A stretch of 64,000 bases of DNA from Eledone cirrhosa (Eukaryota). The notes below the pieces were generated by a model that worked only from the letters and a program-made list of their open reading frames with translations, was not told the origin of the DNA and did not search any database. Shown piece by piece: positions 25,964 to 39,444 of this stretch. Made by a program: the position numbers and the translations under genes. Location of the stretch: assembly GCA_964016885.1 (NCBI GenBank), contig OZ024746.1, positions 3,844,001 through 3,908,000 on the forward strand, written 5' to 3'. Numbering within the stretch: the stretch's first letter is position 1; each line of letters begins with the position of its first letter.

Positions 25964-27999
25964 TCTTTATCAAACTCAGGGTTTGGAGACAATAAATGGA
26001 AAAGCAGGCCTAAGCAACCAAGTCTTTCTGATCCCAGACGAATACTAAAGACGCTTGTTTTTCATTTTGTTTTCAACCCATTGCCTTATATAGGACTGTA
26101 GGAAGTTTTAAATAGAACATTGCAAAATTTAGAAGCGCCTGTAAATTTTCTGGTGTCCATCAGTTTACAGACTAATGATGTCTACTCTATGGTACATCAG
26201 CTCGGTGGATTTACAAAGTCCGAGTGTTGTGAAACCACTACGTAATAGTTACTGTTTAAGCCAGGTCAGTCTTAATATATTTTCTCCTCTTTTAAGAGAG
26301 ACTTGTGTAACATGAGGGAAATTTGGCTGCTATTTCTAACAAGTAAGGTTACCACATATAGCCTCATGAAAAATAGAGGTAATTTGAATCTTCCAAAATT
26401 AATTTTCATCTCGGTAAAAAAAAAAAAAAAAATTTTTAATATTAATTGAAACAAATTTAATTGAAAACTGTTTCAGATAATGAGAAAATTAAATAAAGAT
26501 TAGAACTGATATTACGAGAAGAGCTGAACATTTTAGAATATGTGCTGTTGTTTAGCCTCATGACAACTGTGTATCTAGGGGTACACTATCGAATGTACCC
26601 TCTGTATTGGAATAGTAGGGTGTAAATTTCAGAAATAACATTTGGAAGACAATTTTTAAAAAGAGCAAAGTTTCGGTTGTTGTGACACATGCTAATGTTC
26701 TTATTTAATCCAAAGTGACAACTCTGGTTCTTCTTTTATGTCTAACATCTAACGAACAAAATATGGAATTTTTGTGACATCGATCTTTTTTTTTTTTTTT
26801 TTTTTTTTTTTGACACTTTAATACGCTCAATAGTTATTTCGTTTGGTGGTAGAAGATAAACTGAATCTACCACAGACCTATCTACTCTCCCCATTCGAAG
26901 GGGAGATCTCGCACCCACTTTGAGGGTTGTCTTCTCTTATGAAAATGGGTATAGCTTTAATTATGAAAAATCTCCCCATTTTGCCTCATTTCTCCCCTTT
27001 TTGGAGCAATATTTCTCGTGGTACTCTCCGTTTGGGTTTTTAGAGGTTGGCAAGTCTGCTACGACCTAATTCTAGGTTGAACACATTCCTCTTTGTATTG
27101 CATACATTTGGGAAATAATTGTTTATACTTCAGGCCAATAATTTGGCGAGGAGAGGGAAGAGTCAATTAGATCGGTCCCAGTATATGACTGATACTTTAT
27201 TTTATCGACCTTAAAAGGATGCAAGGCGAAGCTGACCTTCGCGGAATGTGAAATCACAGTGTAAGGTGCCGTAAATACCACGCTCCAACACTGCTGACAA
27301 TCAAATCAGGCGCCCCTTACACATATGAAAATAATAGCATCTTTATATATTTGGGGTCAAATACAATATTAACGAGTCAATCCCTGGTTTACATTATTTT
27401 GTGCCGATGGAAAATTCAATTAATTCAACAGTGAAACACAGGAATAATAGGTTGTTACCAAAAAGCCAGAAGATTGACAAGTCGACCCTAAATATGACTA
27501 ATAGCTCTAAGAAAGCCATGAACCACACCACATCTTTTTAACTTTGATTTTGAAAGTCTCGGCGGCCTAATTTGAGGAATCATAGACGGTGGTGATCCTG
27601 GTCGGGAGTAGGGTTCCCTGTAACACTTTTCAGTTTTTTTCTATAGGTTACAAAATAAAAACTGAAACAGATTACATGTACCTGTCGACCAGGATTGAAC
27701 CCCATGCCAGGATCTCCACCGTCTCTAGTACCTACCACTAGGCCACGGAGACAACTACGAAAGTCTTATAAAAATTCATACTTATAAACCTACTTTCAAA
27801 ATTTTCAAAACAAAGTGTTGTGGTGTCGTTCATGTCTTTCTTAATGTTGTTGCTCCTACTTAAGGTCGACTTCTAAATCATTTGGGTGTACCATAAACTA
27901 CATCCTCGTTTTGTTTCTCATCTATCTAGACTATATTTTAACCTGTAACCAATGTTTCATTTCTGTTGCACCTCATTTATCCCCCTCACCCCCCCCCCC

Positions 28000-28049
<50 letters not shown>

Positions 28050-28146
28050 CTCTCTTTCTCTCTGTGATATTTGAATCTACTATGATTTCGGCTCACTTTA
28101 TTCATATATATATATATATGTTAGATTCAAACTTACAATGATTGGC

Positions 28147-28200
<54 letters not shown>

Positions 28201-28320
28201 TATAGACATAGAATATTCGAAAATATTCTGTATGTTTATAATAAACATTTTGAAGACCTAATCGCTATAGAATAGAATACGTCACGTATTACAATTAGAT
28301 TCTCGATAAAAGCAAGGGAA

Positions 28321-28363
28321 GTAATCTACGCGTTTCATTCTCGTTAGAAATCATCAGGACTAC
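28321..28363 (-). ncRNA. Minimal type I hammerhead ribozyme; first of 6 - strand copies, spaced every 310 nt
   Basis: Exact reverse complement of the 30366-30408 motif. Confidence 0.85.
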
Positions 28364-30365
28364 ATATCCAGTGCTTTTATCGAGAATGACACAGCTAGAG
28401 ACTTATAGAATACTTAGCTGTGTACAGGAACTGGTTTGAAAGAGCGGTTGCCGGTCCGGCAGAAATTAGAAATTGGAATAAATGCTCTGAAATAGCGATA
28501 TATATGTGAATATAGACATAGAATATTCGAAAATATTCTGTATGTTTATAATAAACATTTTGAAGACCTAATCGCTATAGAATAGAATACGTCACGTATT
28601 ACAATTAGATTCTCGATAAAAGCAAGGGAAGTAATCTACGCGTTTCATTCTCGTTAGAAATCATCAGGACTACATATCCAGTGCTTTTATCGAGAATGAC
28701 ACAGCTAGAGACTTATAGAATACTTAGCTGTGTACAGGAACTGGTTTGAAAGAGCGGTTGCCGGTCCGGCAGAAATTAGAAATTGGAATAAATGCTCTGA
28801 AATAGCGATATATATGTGAATATAGACATAGAATATTCGAAAATATTCTGTATGTTTATAATAAACATTTTGAAGACCTAATCGCTATAGAATAGAATAC
28901 GTCACGTATTACAATTAGATTCTCGATAAAAGCAAGGGAAGTAATCTACGCGTTTCATTCTCGTTAGAAATCATCAGGACTACATATCCAGTGCTTTTAT
29001 CGAGAATGACACAGCTAGAGACTTATAGAATACTTAGCTGTGTACAGGAACTGGTTTGAAAGAGCGGTTGCCGGTCCGGCAGAAATTAGAAATTGGAATA
29101 AATGCTCTGAAATAGCGATATATATGTGAATATAGACATAGAATATTCGAAAATATTCTGTATGTTTATAATAAACATTTTGAAGACCTAATCGCTATAG
29201 AATAGAATACGTCACGTATTACAATTAGATTCTCGATAAAAGCAAGGGAAGTAATCTACGCGTTTCATTCTCGTTAGAAATCATCAGGACTACATATCCA
29301 GTGCTTTTATCGAGAATGACACAGCTAGAGACTTATAGAATACTTAGCTGTGTACAGGAACTGGTTTGAAAGAGCGGTTGCCGGTCCGGCAGAAATTAGA
29401 AATTGGAATAAATGCTCTGAAATAGCGATATATATGTGAATATAGACATAGAATATTCGAAAATATTCTGTATGTTTATAATAAACATTTTGAAGACCTA
29501 ATCGCTATAGAATAGAATACGTCACGTATTACAATTAGATTCTCGATAAAAGCAAGGGAAGTAATCTACGCGTTTCATTCTCGTTAGAAATCATCAGGAC
29601 TACATATCCAGTGCTTTTATCGAGAATGACACAGCTAGAGACTTATAGAATACTTAGCTGTGTACAGGAACTGGTTTGAAAGAGCGGTTGCCGGTCCGGC
29701 AGAAATTAGAAATTGGAATAAATGCTCTGAAATAGCGATATATATGTGAATATAGACATAGAATATTCGAAAATATTCTGTATGTTTATAATAAACATTT
29801 TGAAGACCTAATCGCTATAGAATAGAATACGTCACGTATTACAATTAGATTCTCGATAAAAGCAAGGGAAGTAATCTACGCGTTTCATTCTCGTTAGAAA
29901 TCATCAGGACTACATATCCAGTGCTTTTATCGAGAATGACACAGCTAGAGACTTATAGAATACTTAGCTGTGTACAGGAACTGGTTTGAAAGAGCGGTTG
30001 CCGGTCCGGCAGAAATTAGAAATTGGAATAAATGCTCTGAAATAGCGATATATATGTGAATATAGACATTTCTAACGAGAATGAAACGCGTAGATTACTT
30101 CCCTTGCTTTTATCGAGAATCTAATTGTAATACGTGACGTATTCTATTCTATAGCGATTAGGTCTTCAAAATGTTTATTATAAACATACAGAATATTTTC
30201 GAATATTCTATGTCTATATTCACATATATATCGCTATTTCAGAGCATTTATTCCAATTTCTAATTTCTGCCGGACCGGCAACCGCTCTTTCAAACCAGTT
30301 CCTGTACACAGCTAAGTATTCTATAAGTCTCTAGCTGTGTCATTCTCGATAAAAGCACTGGATAT

Positions 30366-30408
30366 GTAGTCCTGATGATTTCTAACGAGAATGAAACGCG
30401 TAGATTAC
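30366..30408 (+). ncRNA. Minimal type I hammerhead ribozyme; first of 7 complete + strand copies, spaced every 310 nt
   Basis: Stem I gtagtc/gattac, core CTGATGA at 30372-30378, stem II ttct-aacg-agaa, GAAA, palindromic ACGCGT stem III, GUA cleavage triplet. Confidence 0.85.
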
Positions 30409-32425
30409 TTCCCTTGCTTTTATCGAGAATCTAATTATAATACGTGACGTATTCTATTCTATAGCGATTAGGTCTTCAAAATGTTTATTATAAACATACA
30501 GAATATTTTCGAATATTCTATGTCTATATTCACATATATATCGCTATTTCAGAGCATTTATTCCAATTTCTAATTTCTGCCGGACCGGCAACCGCTCTTT
30601 CAAACCAGTTCCTGTACACAGCTAAGTATTCTATAAGTCTCTAGCTGTGTCATTCTCGATAAAAGCACTGGATATGTAGTCCTGATGATTTCTAACGAGA
30701 ATGAAACGCGTAGATTACTTCCCTTGCTTTTATCGAGAATCTAATTGTAATACGTGACGTATTCTATTCTATAGCGATTAGGTCTTCAAAATGTTTATTA
30801 TAAACATACAGAATATTTTCGAATATTCTATGTCTATATTCACATATATATCGCTATTTCAGAGCATTTATTCCAATTTCTAATTTCTGCCGGACCGGCA
30901 ACCGCTCTTTCAAACCAGTTCCTGTACACAGCTAAGTATTCTATAAGTCTCTAGCTGTGTCATTCTCGATAAAAGCACTGGATATGTAGTCCTGATGATT
31001 TCTAACGAGAATGAAACGCGTAGATTACTTCCCTTGCTTTTATCGAGAATCTAATTGTAATACGTGACGTATTCTATTCTATAGCGATTAGGTCTTCAAA
31101 ATGTTTATTATAAACATACAGAATATTTTCGAATATTCTATGTCTATATTCACATATATATCGCTATTTCAGAGCATTTATTCCAATTTCTAATTTCTGC
31201 CGGACCGGCAACCGCTCTTTCAAACCAGTTCCTGTACACAGCTAAGTATTCTATAAGTCTCTAGCTGTGTCATTCTCGATAAAAGCACTGGATATGTAGT
31301 CCTGATGATTTCTAACGAGAATGAAACGCGTAGATTACTTCCCTTGCTTTTATCGAGAATCTAATTGTAATACGTGACGTATTCTATTCTATAGCGATTA
31401 GGTCTTCAAAATGTTTATTATAAACATACAGAATATTTTCGAATATTCTATGTCTATATTCACATATATATCGCTATTTCAGAGCATTTATTCCAATTTC
31501 TAATTTCTGCCGGACCGGCAACCGCTCTTTCAAACCAGTTCCTGTACACAGCTAAGTATTCTATAAGTCTCTAGCTGTGTCATTCTCGATAAAAGCACTG
31601 GATATGTAGTCCTGATGATTTCTAACGAGAATGAAACGCGTAGATTACTTCCCTTGCTTTTATCGAGAATCTAATTGTAATACGTGACGTATTCTATTCT
31701 ATAGCGATTAGGTCTTCAAAATGTTTATTATAAACATACAGAATATTTTCGAATATTCTATGTCTATATTCACATATATATCGCTATTTCAGAGCATTTA
31801 TTCCAATTTCTAATTTCTGCCGGACCGGCAACCGCTCTTTCAAACCAGTTCCTGTACACAGCTAAGTATTCTATAAGTCCCTAGCTGTGTCATTCTCGAT
31901 AAAAGCACTGGATATGTAGTCCTGATGATTTCTAACGAGAATGAAACGCGTAGATTACTTCCCTTACTTTTATCGAGAATCTAATTGTAATACGTGACGT
32001 ATTCTATTCTATAGCGATTAGGTCTTCAAAATGTTTATTATAAACATACAGAATATTTTCGAATATTCTATGTCTATATTCACATATATATCGCTATTTC
32101 AGAGCATTTATTCCAATTTCTAATTTCTGCCGGACCGGCAACCGCTCTTTCAAACCAGTTCCTGTACACAGCTAAGTATTCTATAAGTCTCTAGCTGTGT
32201 CATTCTCGATAAAAGCACTGGATATGTAGTCCTGATGATTTCTAACGAGAATGAAACGCGTAGATTACTTCCCTTGCTTTTATCGAGAATCTAATTGTAA
32301 TACGTGACGTATTCTATTCTATAGCGATTAGGTCTTCAAAATGTTTATTATAAACATACAGAATATTTTCGAATATTCTATGTCTATATTCACATATATA
32401 TCGCTATTTCAGAGCATTTATTCCA

Positions 32426-32461
<36 letters not shown>

Positions 32462-32524
32462 GAAAGGTATAGAAAGTATTGTAGCAAGAAGCCAACAGTA
32501 TTCCATAATATATTTATATATATA

Positions 32525-32577
<53 letters not shown>

Positions 32578-32581
<4 letters not shown>

Positions 32582-32873
32582 GTATAATAAACAATACAAT
32601 ATGATTACCTCATTACCAGAGGTTTCCCGAATAAGACGAATAGAAATAACGTCCTCATTGGTTCGTTGGACAAGGCAATTTACCTTGTCCGACAATTGCC
32701 TTGTCCGACGAACGAATGAGGACGTTTTTTTGTATTCGTCTTATTCGGGAAACCTCTGGTAATAAGGTAATTATATTGTATTGTTTATTATACATTAAAT
32801 TTAGCTCTGGTACTTACATAGAGCACTCTTCACTCCTATGACTTTTTCAATTTTCAACGGAAACTTCAATACT

Positions 32874-32875
<2 letters not shown>
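32578..32875. mobile_element. Fold-back element with a CCGACGA-core hammerhead (32699-32767, +)
   Basis: ccttgt CCGACGA a cgaatgaggacg...cgtcttattcg g GAAAC CTCTG GTA ataagg; inverted arm at 32578-32680; (TA)n flanks. Confidence 0.68.
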
Positions 32876-32920
<45 letters not shown>

Positions 32921-34051
32921 CAAACATCACGGGCGCTCTATCTCAAAATTATTTTTGAAAAGCATTAGAAATGCGCAACCGGTAAAAACTTAAAACTAAA
33001 ACTGAATACTAACCAATACTTATTACTAATTTTTACTTATTCCTAATTAAACTATTTTTCACTGGGAACAATTTGTCAGCATTTTCTTTTCCTTTTACCA
33101 ATATATCGCAACTCGTGTGTTACACCTCTATTCTTTGAAATATCTATCTATACAGGTATACGAGATATCGTTTCCGCTTATCTATGTTAATCGTCATTTT
33201 ATGTGTATGTATACCTCTCTCTCTCTCCCTCTCCCCGCTCCCCCTACACCCCTTCACACACATACATCCCACTAACACCTCTACTAATATACACCCCGTC
33301 GCCCCACTTCCCCCCCCTCCCCCTCCACCCTTCACACCGAATCATCCTCGCCCCTGTCCACCGCACCTCCGCACACACAGACACACACAGTCTACACCAC
33401 ACTGACCTTACTCCACCAGTCATCCAGCTCTGCTGCTATCTCCTCCTCTTCCTCCTCTACTTCTATCTCTTCACCTTGCCTTGACCCGCTGACCACTTCC
33501 TGTTGCGCGCGCACCCCACTTCCCTCCACTTCCGACCACCACCAACATTGGATTTCACACCACCGGTCACTTCTCCAGCCATCCACTCCATACCATGGAA
33601 AATATCCAGCATCCCTTCTCACACTCGATGGAACTACCTCAGGAACTTACCCACCAACATACACTCACATTCTTTTTCGCACCACGCCACCCACATCCAC
33701 ACCACAAACACACACGTGCGTACCCCCACTTATATACACTCTCAACCTCCGGAATCCAGAACATGGAACCTCATCCTTCTTCTCACATACACACACATAC
33801 ACACTCACGTACACCTACACACATACACAAACACCACCTTCAGCCTTCCCCGCTTCGACCCCCCGCCTCCCTCGCCCAACTCCACCCGCCACCACCACCC
33901 TTACACGCCTTACACCCTTCCACCACTTGCTCATCTTATTGTTAATTCTTATGTTTATTTTTATTTTTATTTTTATTTTTATTTGTTCTCCTTCCCCCTT
34001 TTTTCTAAATGCATTTCCACACACCCTCGGAACTCTCTTCCTAACCTATTT

Positions 34052-34085
34052 ATCCTGAAGAAGGGCTTGTGCCCGAAACGTCGTT
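34052..34085 (+). ncRNA. Minimal PLE-type hammerhead at the end of a C/A-rich tract (32920-34120) that may be a PLE 3' UTR
   Basis: CTGAAGA a gggc-ttgt-gccc GAAAC GTC; stem I pairs poorly; (TA)n follows. Confidence 0.6.
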
Positions 34086-34116
34086 CCCCACACCCACTCT
34101 CAAAGATTCTCGCTGA

Positions 34117-34212
<96 letters not shown>

Positions 34213-34426
34213 GTTTCTACGTTTGGCACAAGGCCAGCAATTATTCCAGTGCATCACTGGTACTTTATTTTATCGACCCCGTAAGGATGAAAGGCAAAGT
34301 TAACCTCGGATAATAAACAAAGATTAACAAGGGTTAATTAAAGCATTCAATAGATTTACGACTGTTTCATTAGACGAACGAATATTCCATAAGTGGGCGG
34401 AGAAGAATAAGAATTCTCTGTCTGTA

Positions 34427-34467
<41 letters not shown>

Positions 34468-35916
34468 ATCTGTCTCTCTTTCTCCTCTCCACAAGTATAG
34501 TTATTAACTCCAATGATAAAATGATAACTCTTCTCGTTGTGGGCGTAAAATAAATTGACTAAAAATACTCTTAGAATCACTATGTGTGTATATATGTATG
34601 TACGTACGCGCGTTTGCGTGTGTATGTATGCATGTATGTGTATATAATCACCGGGAGAGATGACCCTTTAGCCTTTGTCAAGGCAGAATTCTAGGAGAAG
34701 GAAAACTCTGATATAACACCTGTAACTCTGATGGTATCCAATGATGTTGACTTGTTCTTCTTTTTGGTAAATATCATCTTGGTTAAGAGAGTGGGACTGG
34801 CTTTGTGCAGTGCCTTTGCTCACTATAAAAGCTTCACGGCACAGGCATTGCTTTATATCTGGAGATCTCTCTGTACTTGTCGTCACATGGTACCATGGGC
34901 CCAGCTCTATGTGTCAATAATTGTCACAAGTGTAGTGTTTGTACCAGAGTTTTCAAGTCGCTGGCTGGACTGAAAAGGCACACTCGTTCAGCGCATCGGT
35001 AGGGGTTCTCCTACATGGATATAAAGTAGTGGCCGTACTCGAAAACGAGTTGGCAGCCACCATATGTATATATGTATATACTATCTTCATAAATAATTTA
35101 TAATTTAATTAAAATTATAATTAAAAACTTTAACTTGATAGAGGTGGGATTAATAGATATGGAATATATTGCTACGACAAACTGACTGTAGGCATTTGTT
35201 TCTTTAATAAAAAATCTTTTGTTCTTGTTTTTGTTTTTTGTTGTTAGTCATGTTAATTGAGTTGAGATTATTGTTGAGGTTGGTTGGTAGTGTTGATTAC
35301 TAGTAGCCTCTGAACAATTACACGATCTGATAGAAATAGCAGCTATCACTTCCTCAAATCCCATACGACTTCTTAAATATAGAAAGATACATTGATACAT
35401 TGATATACACAGCACTCTGTATAGGGGGTATCCACCACAGGAATCACGACTGGGTGACAATCTCTATGGCAGACGTTTATCATCACCCAGTGGTCGGCCT
35501 CCGTAATGTTGAGCGTTCCCTGGTTGGAGTCAGCTCAACCAATCCCGGCTGAACGTCAACACAAGCACAATTGTACCATGTGTATATAAAACTCCGAGTA
35601 GCTATGAAGTTAATCTTTAATTATAATGAGAGCATTGTTTATAAATATAAACATATATATACATATACATGCCATTATATATGTATATATGTGTACATCA
35701 GGGGCGGTGGAAGCATTTCGGAATTGGGGGCCAAATTTGGACAATTTAGTTGTAGTGGTTAGATTAGCTCTTTGCACTCTAAAATGGTCAGAAAACTGCG
35801 ACATGTGATAAACATATCTACATAAATTGTAGCGTATATCCAAATAGATGTGTGTTTTGGTAGTTTGGGGGGGGGGGGGGGGGGGTCATGTTATTTCTGT
35901 TTGCTTTTGCATACTT

Positions 35917-35956
<40 letters not shown>

Positions 35957-35959
<3 letters not shown>

Positions 35960-36321
35960 TAAAAGGGAAATTTAATTTGTTGGAAATTCAACAAATATAA
36001 ATGTTTATAACTGATTCAGAGCACTCGACAGATTTTCTGGAGTAAATATTCAATGATATTAAATAAATGGAAACTATATTTATAAAACAATATTTATTCT
36101 ATTATATATATTTCAAGGGTACCAAAAACTTTGGTACGCTTTCATCAGATAAAATACAAAGTGTGTTTTATAAATTTTGACATAGCCATGGAAACATACC
36201 TTATCAGTTGAATATTAGTTATCCAAGGAAAAAGCATACCAAAGTTTTTGGTACCCTTGAAATATATATAATAGAATAAATATGGTTTTATAAATATAGT
36301 TTCCATTTATTTAATATCATT
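35957..36321 (-). mobile_element. PLE-pLTR-like fragment with an HHR (36096-36155) and an inverted partial duplicate (36232-36321)
   Basis: attttat CTGATGA aagc gtaccaaa-gtt-tttggtac cctt GAAAT ATAT ATA atagaat; (TA)n flanks; left end is shared with 38312-38390. Confidence 0.7.
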
Positions 36322-36325
36322 ATAT

Positions 36326-36358
<33 letters not shown>

Positions 36359-36359
<1 letters not shown>

Positions 36360-36672
36360 TAAAATAACAGATTAAAGTTTAAGCAAAGAATCGCTGCTTT
36401 CACCCTTAACGGGATCTTCTGAAAGTAAAAAAGTCAATCTGTGAACGCAGAAGTAAATATTTCAAAAAACGTTGCAACCGAAGGAAGACGATATTTTGGT
36501 TCGTGGAAACGTTCCCTGGCAAAGAAGATCCCGTTAAGGGTGAAAGCAGCGATTCTTTGCTTAAACTTTAATGTTATTTTAATAAATATTTGCTCTACGG
36601 TTCTTATATATCTGATATATATTTATCCTTATCGAGCTCTCTTTGGATTTTAGTCTTCAAATTTATTATTAT

Positions 36673-36675
<3 letters not shown>
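36359..36675. mobile_element. Inverted-repeat element (~60-bp arms) with a degenerate HHR-like core
   Basis: 36359-36420 pairs with 36524-36582; contains AGAAGA tccc-gttaa-ggg t GAAA; (TA)n flanks. Confidence 0.5.
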
Positions 36676-36719
<44 letters not shown>

Positions 36720-36728
36720 ATAATAATA

Positions 36729-36907
36729 ATTGTTTCTACTTTTGGCACAAGACCAGCAATTACCCAGTACATTACTGGTACTTTATTTTATCGACCCCGT
36801 AAGGATGAAAGGCAAAGTTAACCTCGGCGGGATTTGAACTCAGAATGGCAAGGGCCGTAACTCTGTGCGTCAAAGCATGGCGTCCGACCCTCTACCGATA
36901 CTGCCAA
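36729..36907 (-). mobile_element. tRNA-derived SINE with a Meta-like domain; copies at 56293-56480 (+), 52422-52598 (-), 3373-3476 (+), 34209-34310, 46290-46396, 46617-46717 and 27140-27290
   Basis: Head tggcagtatcggtagag...gagttcaaatcc, then gcctttcatccttacggggtcgataaaataaagtaccag. Confidence 0.8.
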
Positions 36908-38389
36908 AATAATAATACTTATATATATATATTATTCATCCTTAAAATAAAGTACCCGTAACACACTGGGTCGATTCAATCGACTTTCCCCTCCCCCAAA
37001 ATTGTTGGCATTGTGCCTAAATCAGAAACCATTATTATTATTATATGGGGCTAAATGTCCTAGGATGTGTAAACCACAGTCGGTCGGATGAGATGCGGAT
37101 AAAAGGAAGCGTTCAACGGCACAAATGGTACAAGCTGGAACATGATAGAGAATTAAATAGATCGAAGGGCATACTGCAAATGACATTCGATCTATTCAAT
37201 GCCCTCCCTTTCTCTCTCTCTCTCTTTCTCTCCCTCCTAATTTCTAATTCTTTCTTCTGATGAAGGATTAGCGTCCGAAACGTTAAGACCCACTTCCTGC
37301 AGTTTCGAGTGTTAACCTAATATATTCCTTCCATATACCCATATACTATACCGATTGTGGTGTTATTTCTGTTTACCTTTTATACACACACACACACATA
37401 TATATATTTGTATATATTTGTGTATATATACATGTATTTATGTATATATGAGCGTGTGTATATACATATATATATATGCATACATGTGTATTTATGTTTA
37501 TATATATATATATATATATATAAACATAAATACACATGTATGCATATATGTATATACACACGCTCATATATACATAAATACATGTATATATATACACAAA
37601 TACATATATACACAAATACATACAAATATATATATATATATATATACATATACCTGCACTAAAGTAATAACAACCAACATTAGACTATTTTTAATTCACT
37701 TAAAGTAAAGTAAAATATTTCATAGAAATTGCGTCAACAGGAAATCATTTTCAACAAATTATGTAAGAGAAGTTATCTTAGATTAGAAGTTGAAGTGTTC
37801 CTACATCCTTCAGAATCAATGAGCCAACTATTGCAAAAGTGGTCTCTCTCTCTCTGTCTCTCTCATTCTCTCTCTCTCTACCCCTCACTCTCTCTCTCTA
37901 CCACCCTCTCTCCGTTATTTACTTTACTCTCTACCTGCTGCCTGTCTGTGAAAAGTAAATAAACACAGAAATAAATAAAAACACAAACACACACACGGAT
38001 GTAACGCATGTGCAAACTAAGCACACAACACACAACACACAAAAAACAAGATAGTGTAGGACAAAACAAAGGAGAGACACAAAATAAAAACCTAGTTACT
38101 CAGGAGGTCACAGAATGTGTGACGAAAGAGCTTTGACAATACATTAAAAACCTTCCGGTTATCGAACTAACCAACCGAAAACTTATAATAAATAGAAGTG
38201 AAAGCAACTGGTGAGTGTGTTTTTATTGGCAGCGTGACCCTCCCAAAGTATAACAAAATATGTTTCAACACACGTAATTCAAAAACAAATTATTTATATA
38301 TATATATATATAAAAGTAGAAGAGGTATTTAATTTGTTGGAAGTCCGACAAATATAAATGTTTATAACTGATTTAGAGCACTCAACAAG

Positions 38390-38722
38390 TTAACTGTCCT
38401 TTACAAAATAAGTGTTTAGATAAGGACGTGGTCTATAAATAATCACAAATGCTCTTTCCGAAGATTTGATAAAAAATCTTCAACTTCTCTTTCAAACCTG
38501 ATATGGAACTTAAAATGCAATAATATGGACTATTCATTAACTTGGGAAATAGTTTCGAATGCACCCGCGTACTGAAACACAGCTTTATCTAGATTCAGCA
38601 AATTGCGTGTTGAGGAAATTTTTTCCATACTTAAATGTAAGAACTCTATTAATCTAAGAACGAATTTATTTAATTCTTGTAGACATCGCCTAAATTCAAC
38701 ATTCAGAGCTATATATAAATTA
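38390..38722 (+). pseudogene. Degenerate PLE GIY-YIG endonuclease C-terminal fragment
   Basis: Across frameshifts and a stop: NCPLQNKCLDKDVVYK...STSLSNLIWNLK...YSLTWEIVSNAPAY...EEIFSILK..NSINLRTNLFNSCRHR. Collinear with the C-terminus of the 22917 ORF. Confidence 0.75.
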
Positions 38723-39444
38723 TAATTATACTTATAATATTTCTACTTATTTCCATAACAATCTTATCCACTTGGTTTTAATATATTGATATCTCTAAAT
38801 CATAATATCTATAACATTTGCTATAATTCCACTTCTTAAAGTTTCATAAAATATATACATATATATATCTAATTTTTTTTTTATTTTAATTTTAATTGTA
38901 ATTTTAATCTTAATAATTTTTAATTCGGCCCCGACTCTGGAATCAGAAGCTCACCAGACTTCTGTTAGCTTAATGCCTTGACGTTACACTATATATATAT
39001 GTGTGTGTGCGTATCTCCAGATTAACCATGTATGGCATCCTTAGCAGAATTCGAACAAGCCAGTGAAGTCTAATGTCTGAAGTTTCATTTGTTTGATATT
39101 TACTTTCAATGAAATACATCAACCTATATTTTGCTTGCATTGCAAGGGAAATAAATCTTGACAAAATCTTTATTACATTTGAAAGTTATTTCCCTTGGAT
39201 CGTGTCACTTGTTATTTTTAGTTAATCTTTTTAACGTCTTTTGCTGCTAGTCAGAAAATATTTCTTAAAACACTTACTGCTAAATATCATTTGTTACAAG
39301 ACCTGTAAAAAAAAAAAAAGATAGAGAATGCTTTCGCCTTGTTAGGAGTTTACGCCTATCTCTGTAGCAGTCACCACAATGTCGATTATCGTGTTGAAAA
39401 TAGAAGCATCGTCTTCATGAATTGATATTGCATGTATACATATA

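Larger units (their letters stand above)
28197..32428. mobile_element. Retrozyme-like array of 310-bp HHR-containing monomers: 6 copies on the - strand, then ~7.6 copies on the + strand, inversion at ~30069
   Basis: Period of 310 (28201, 28511, 28821...; 30071, 30381...). Each unit carries gtagtc CTGATGA tttctaacgagaat GAAAC GC GTA gattac. (TA)n on both sides. Confidence 0.88.

Noticed and set aside
33144-34257. Pro/His/Thr-rich ORFs up to 235 aa
   Set aside because: This is a C/A-biased low-complexity tract with no domain motifs, more likely a retroelement UTR.
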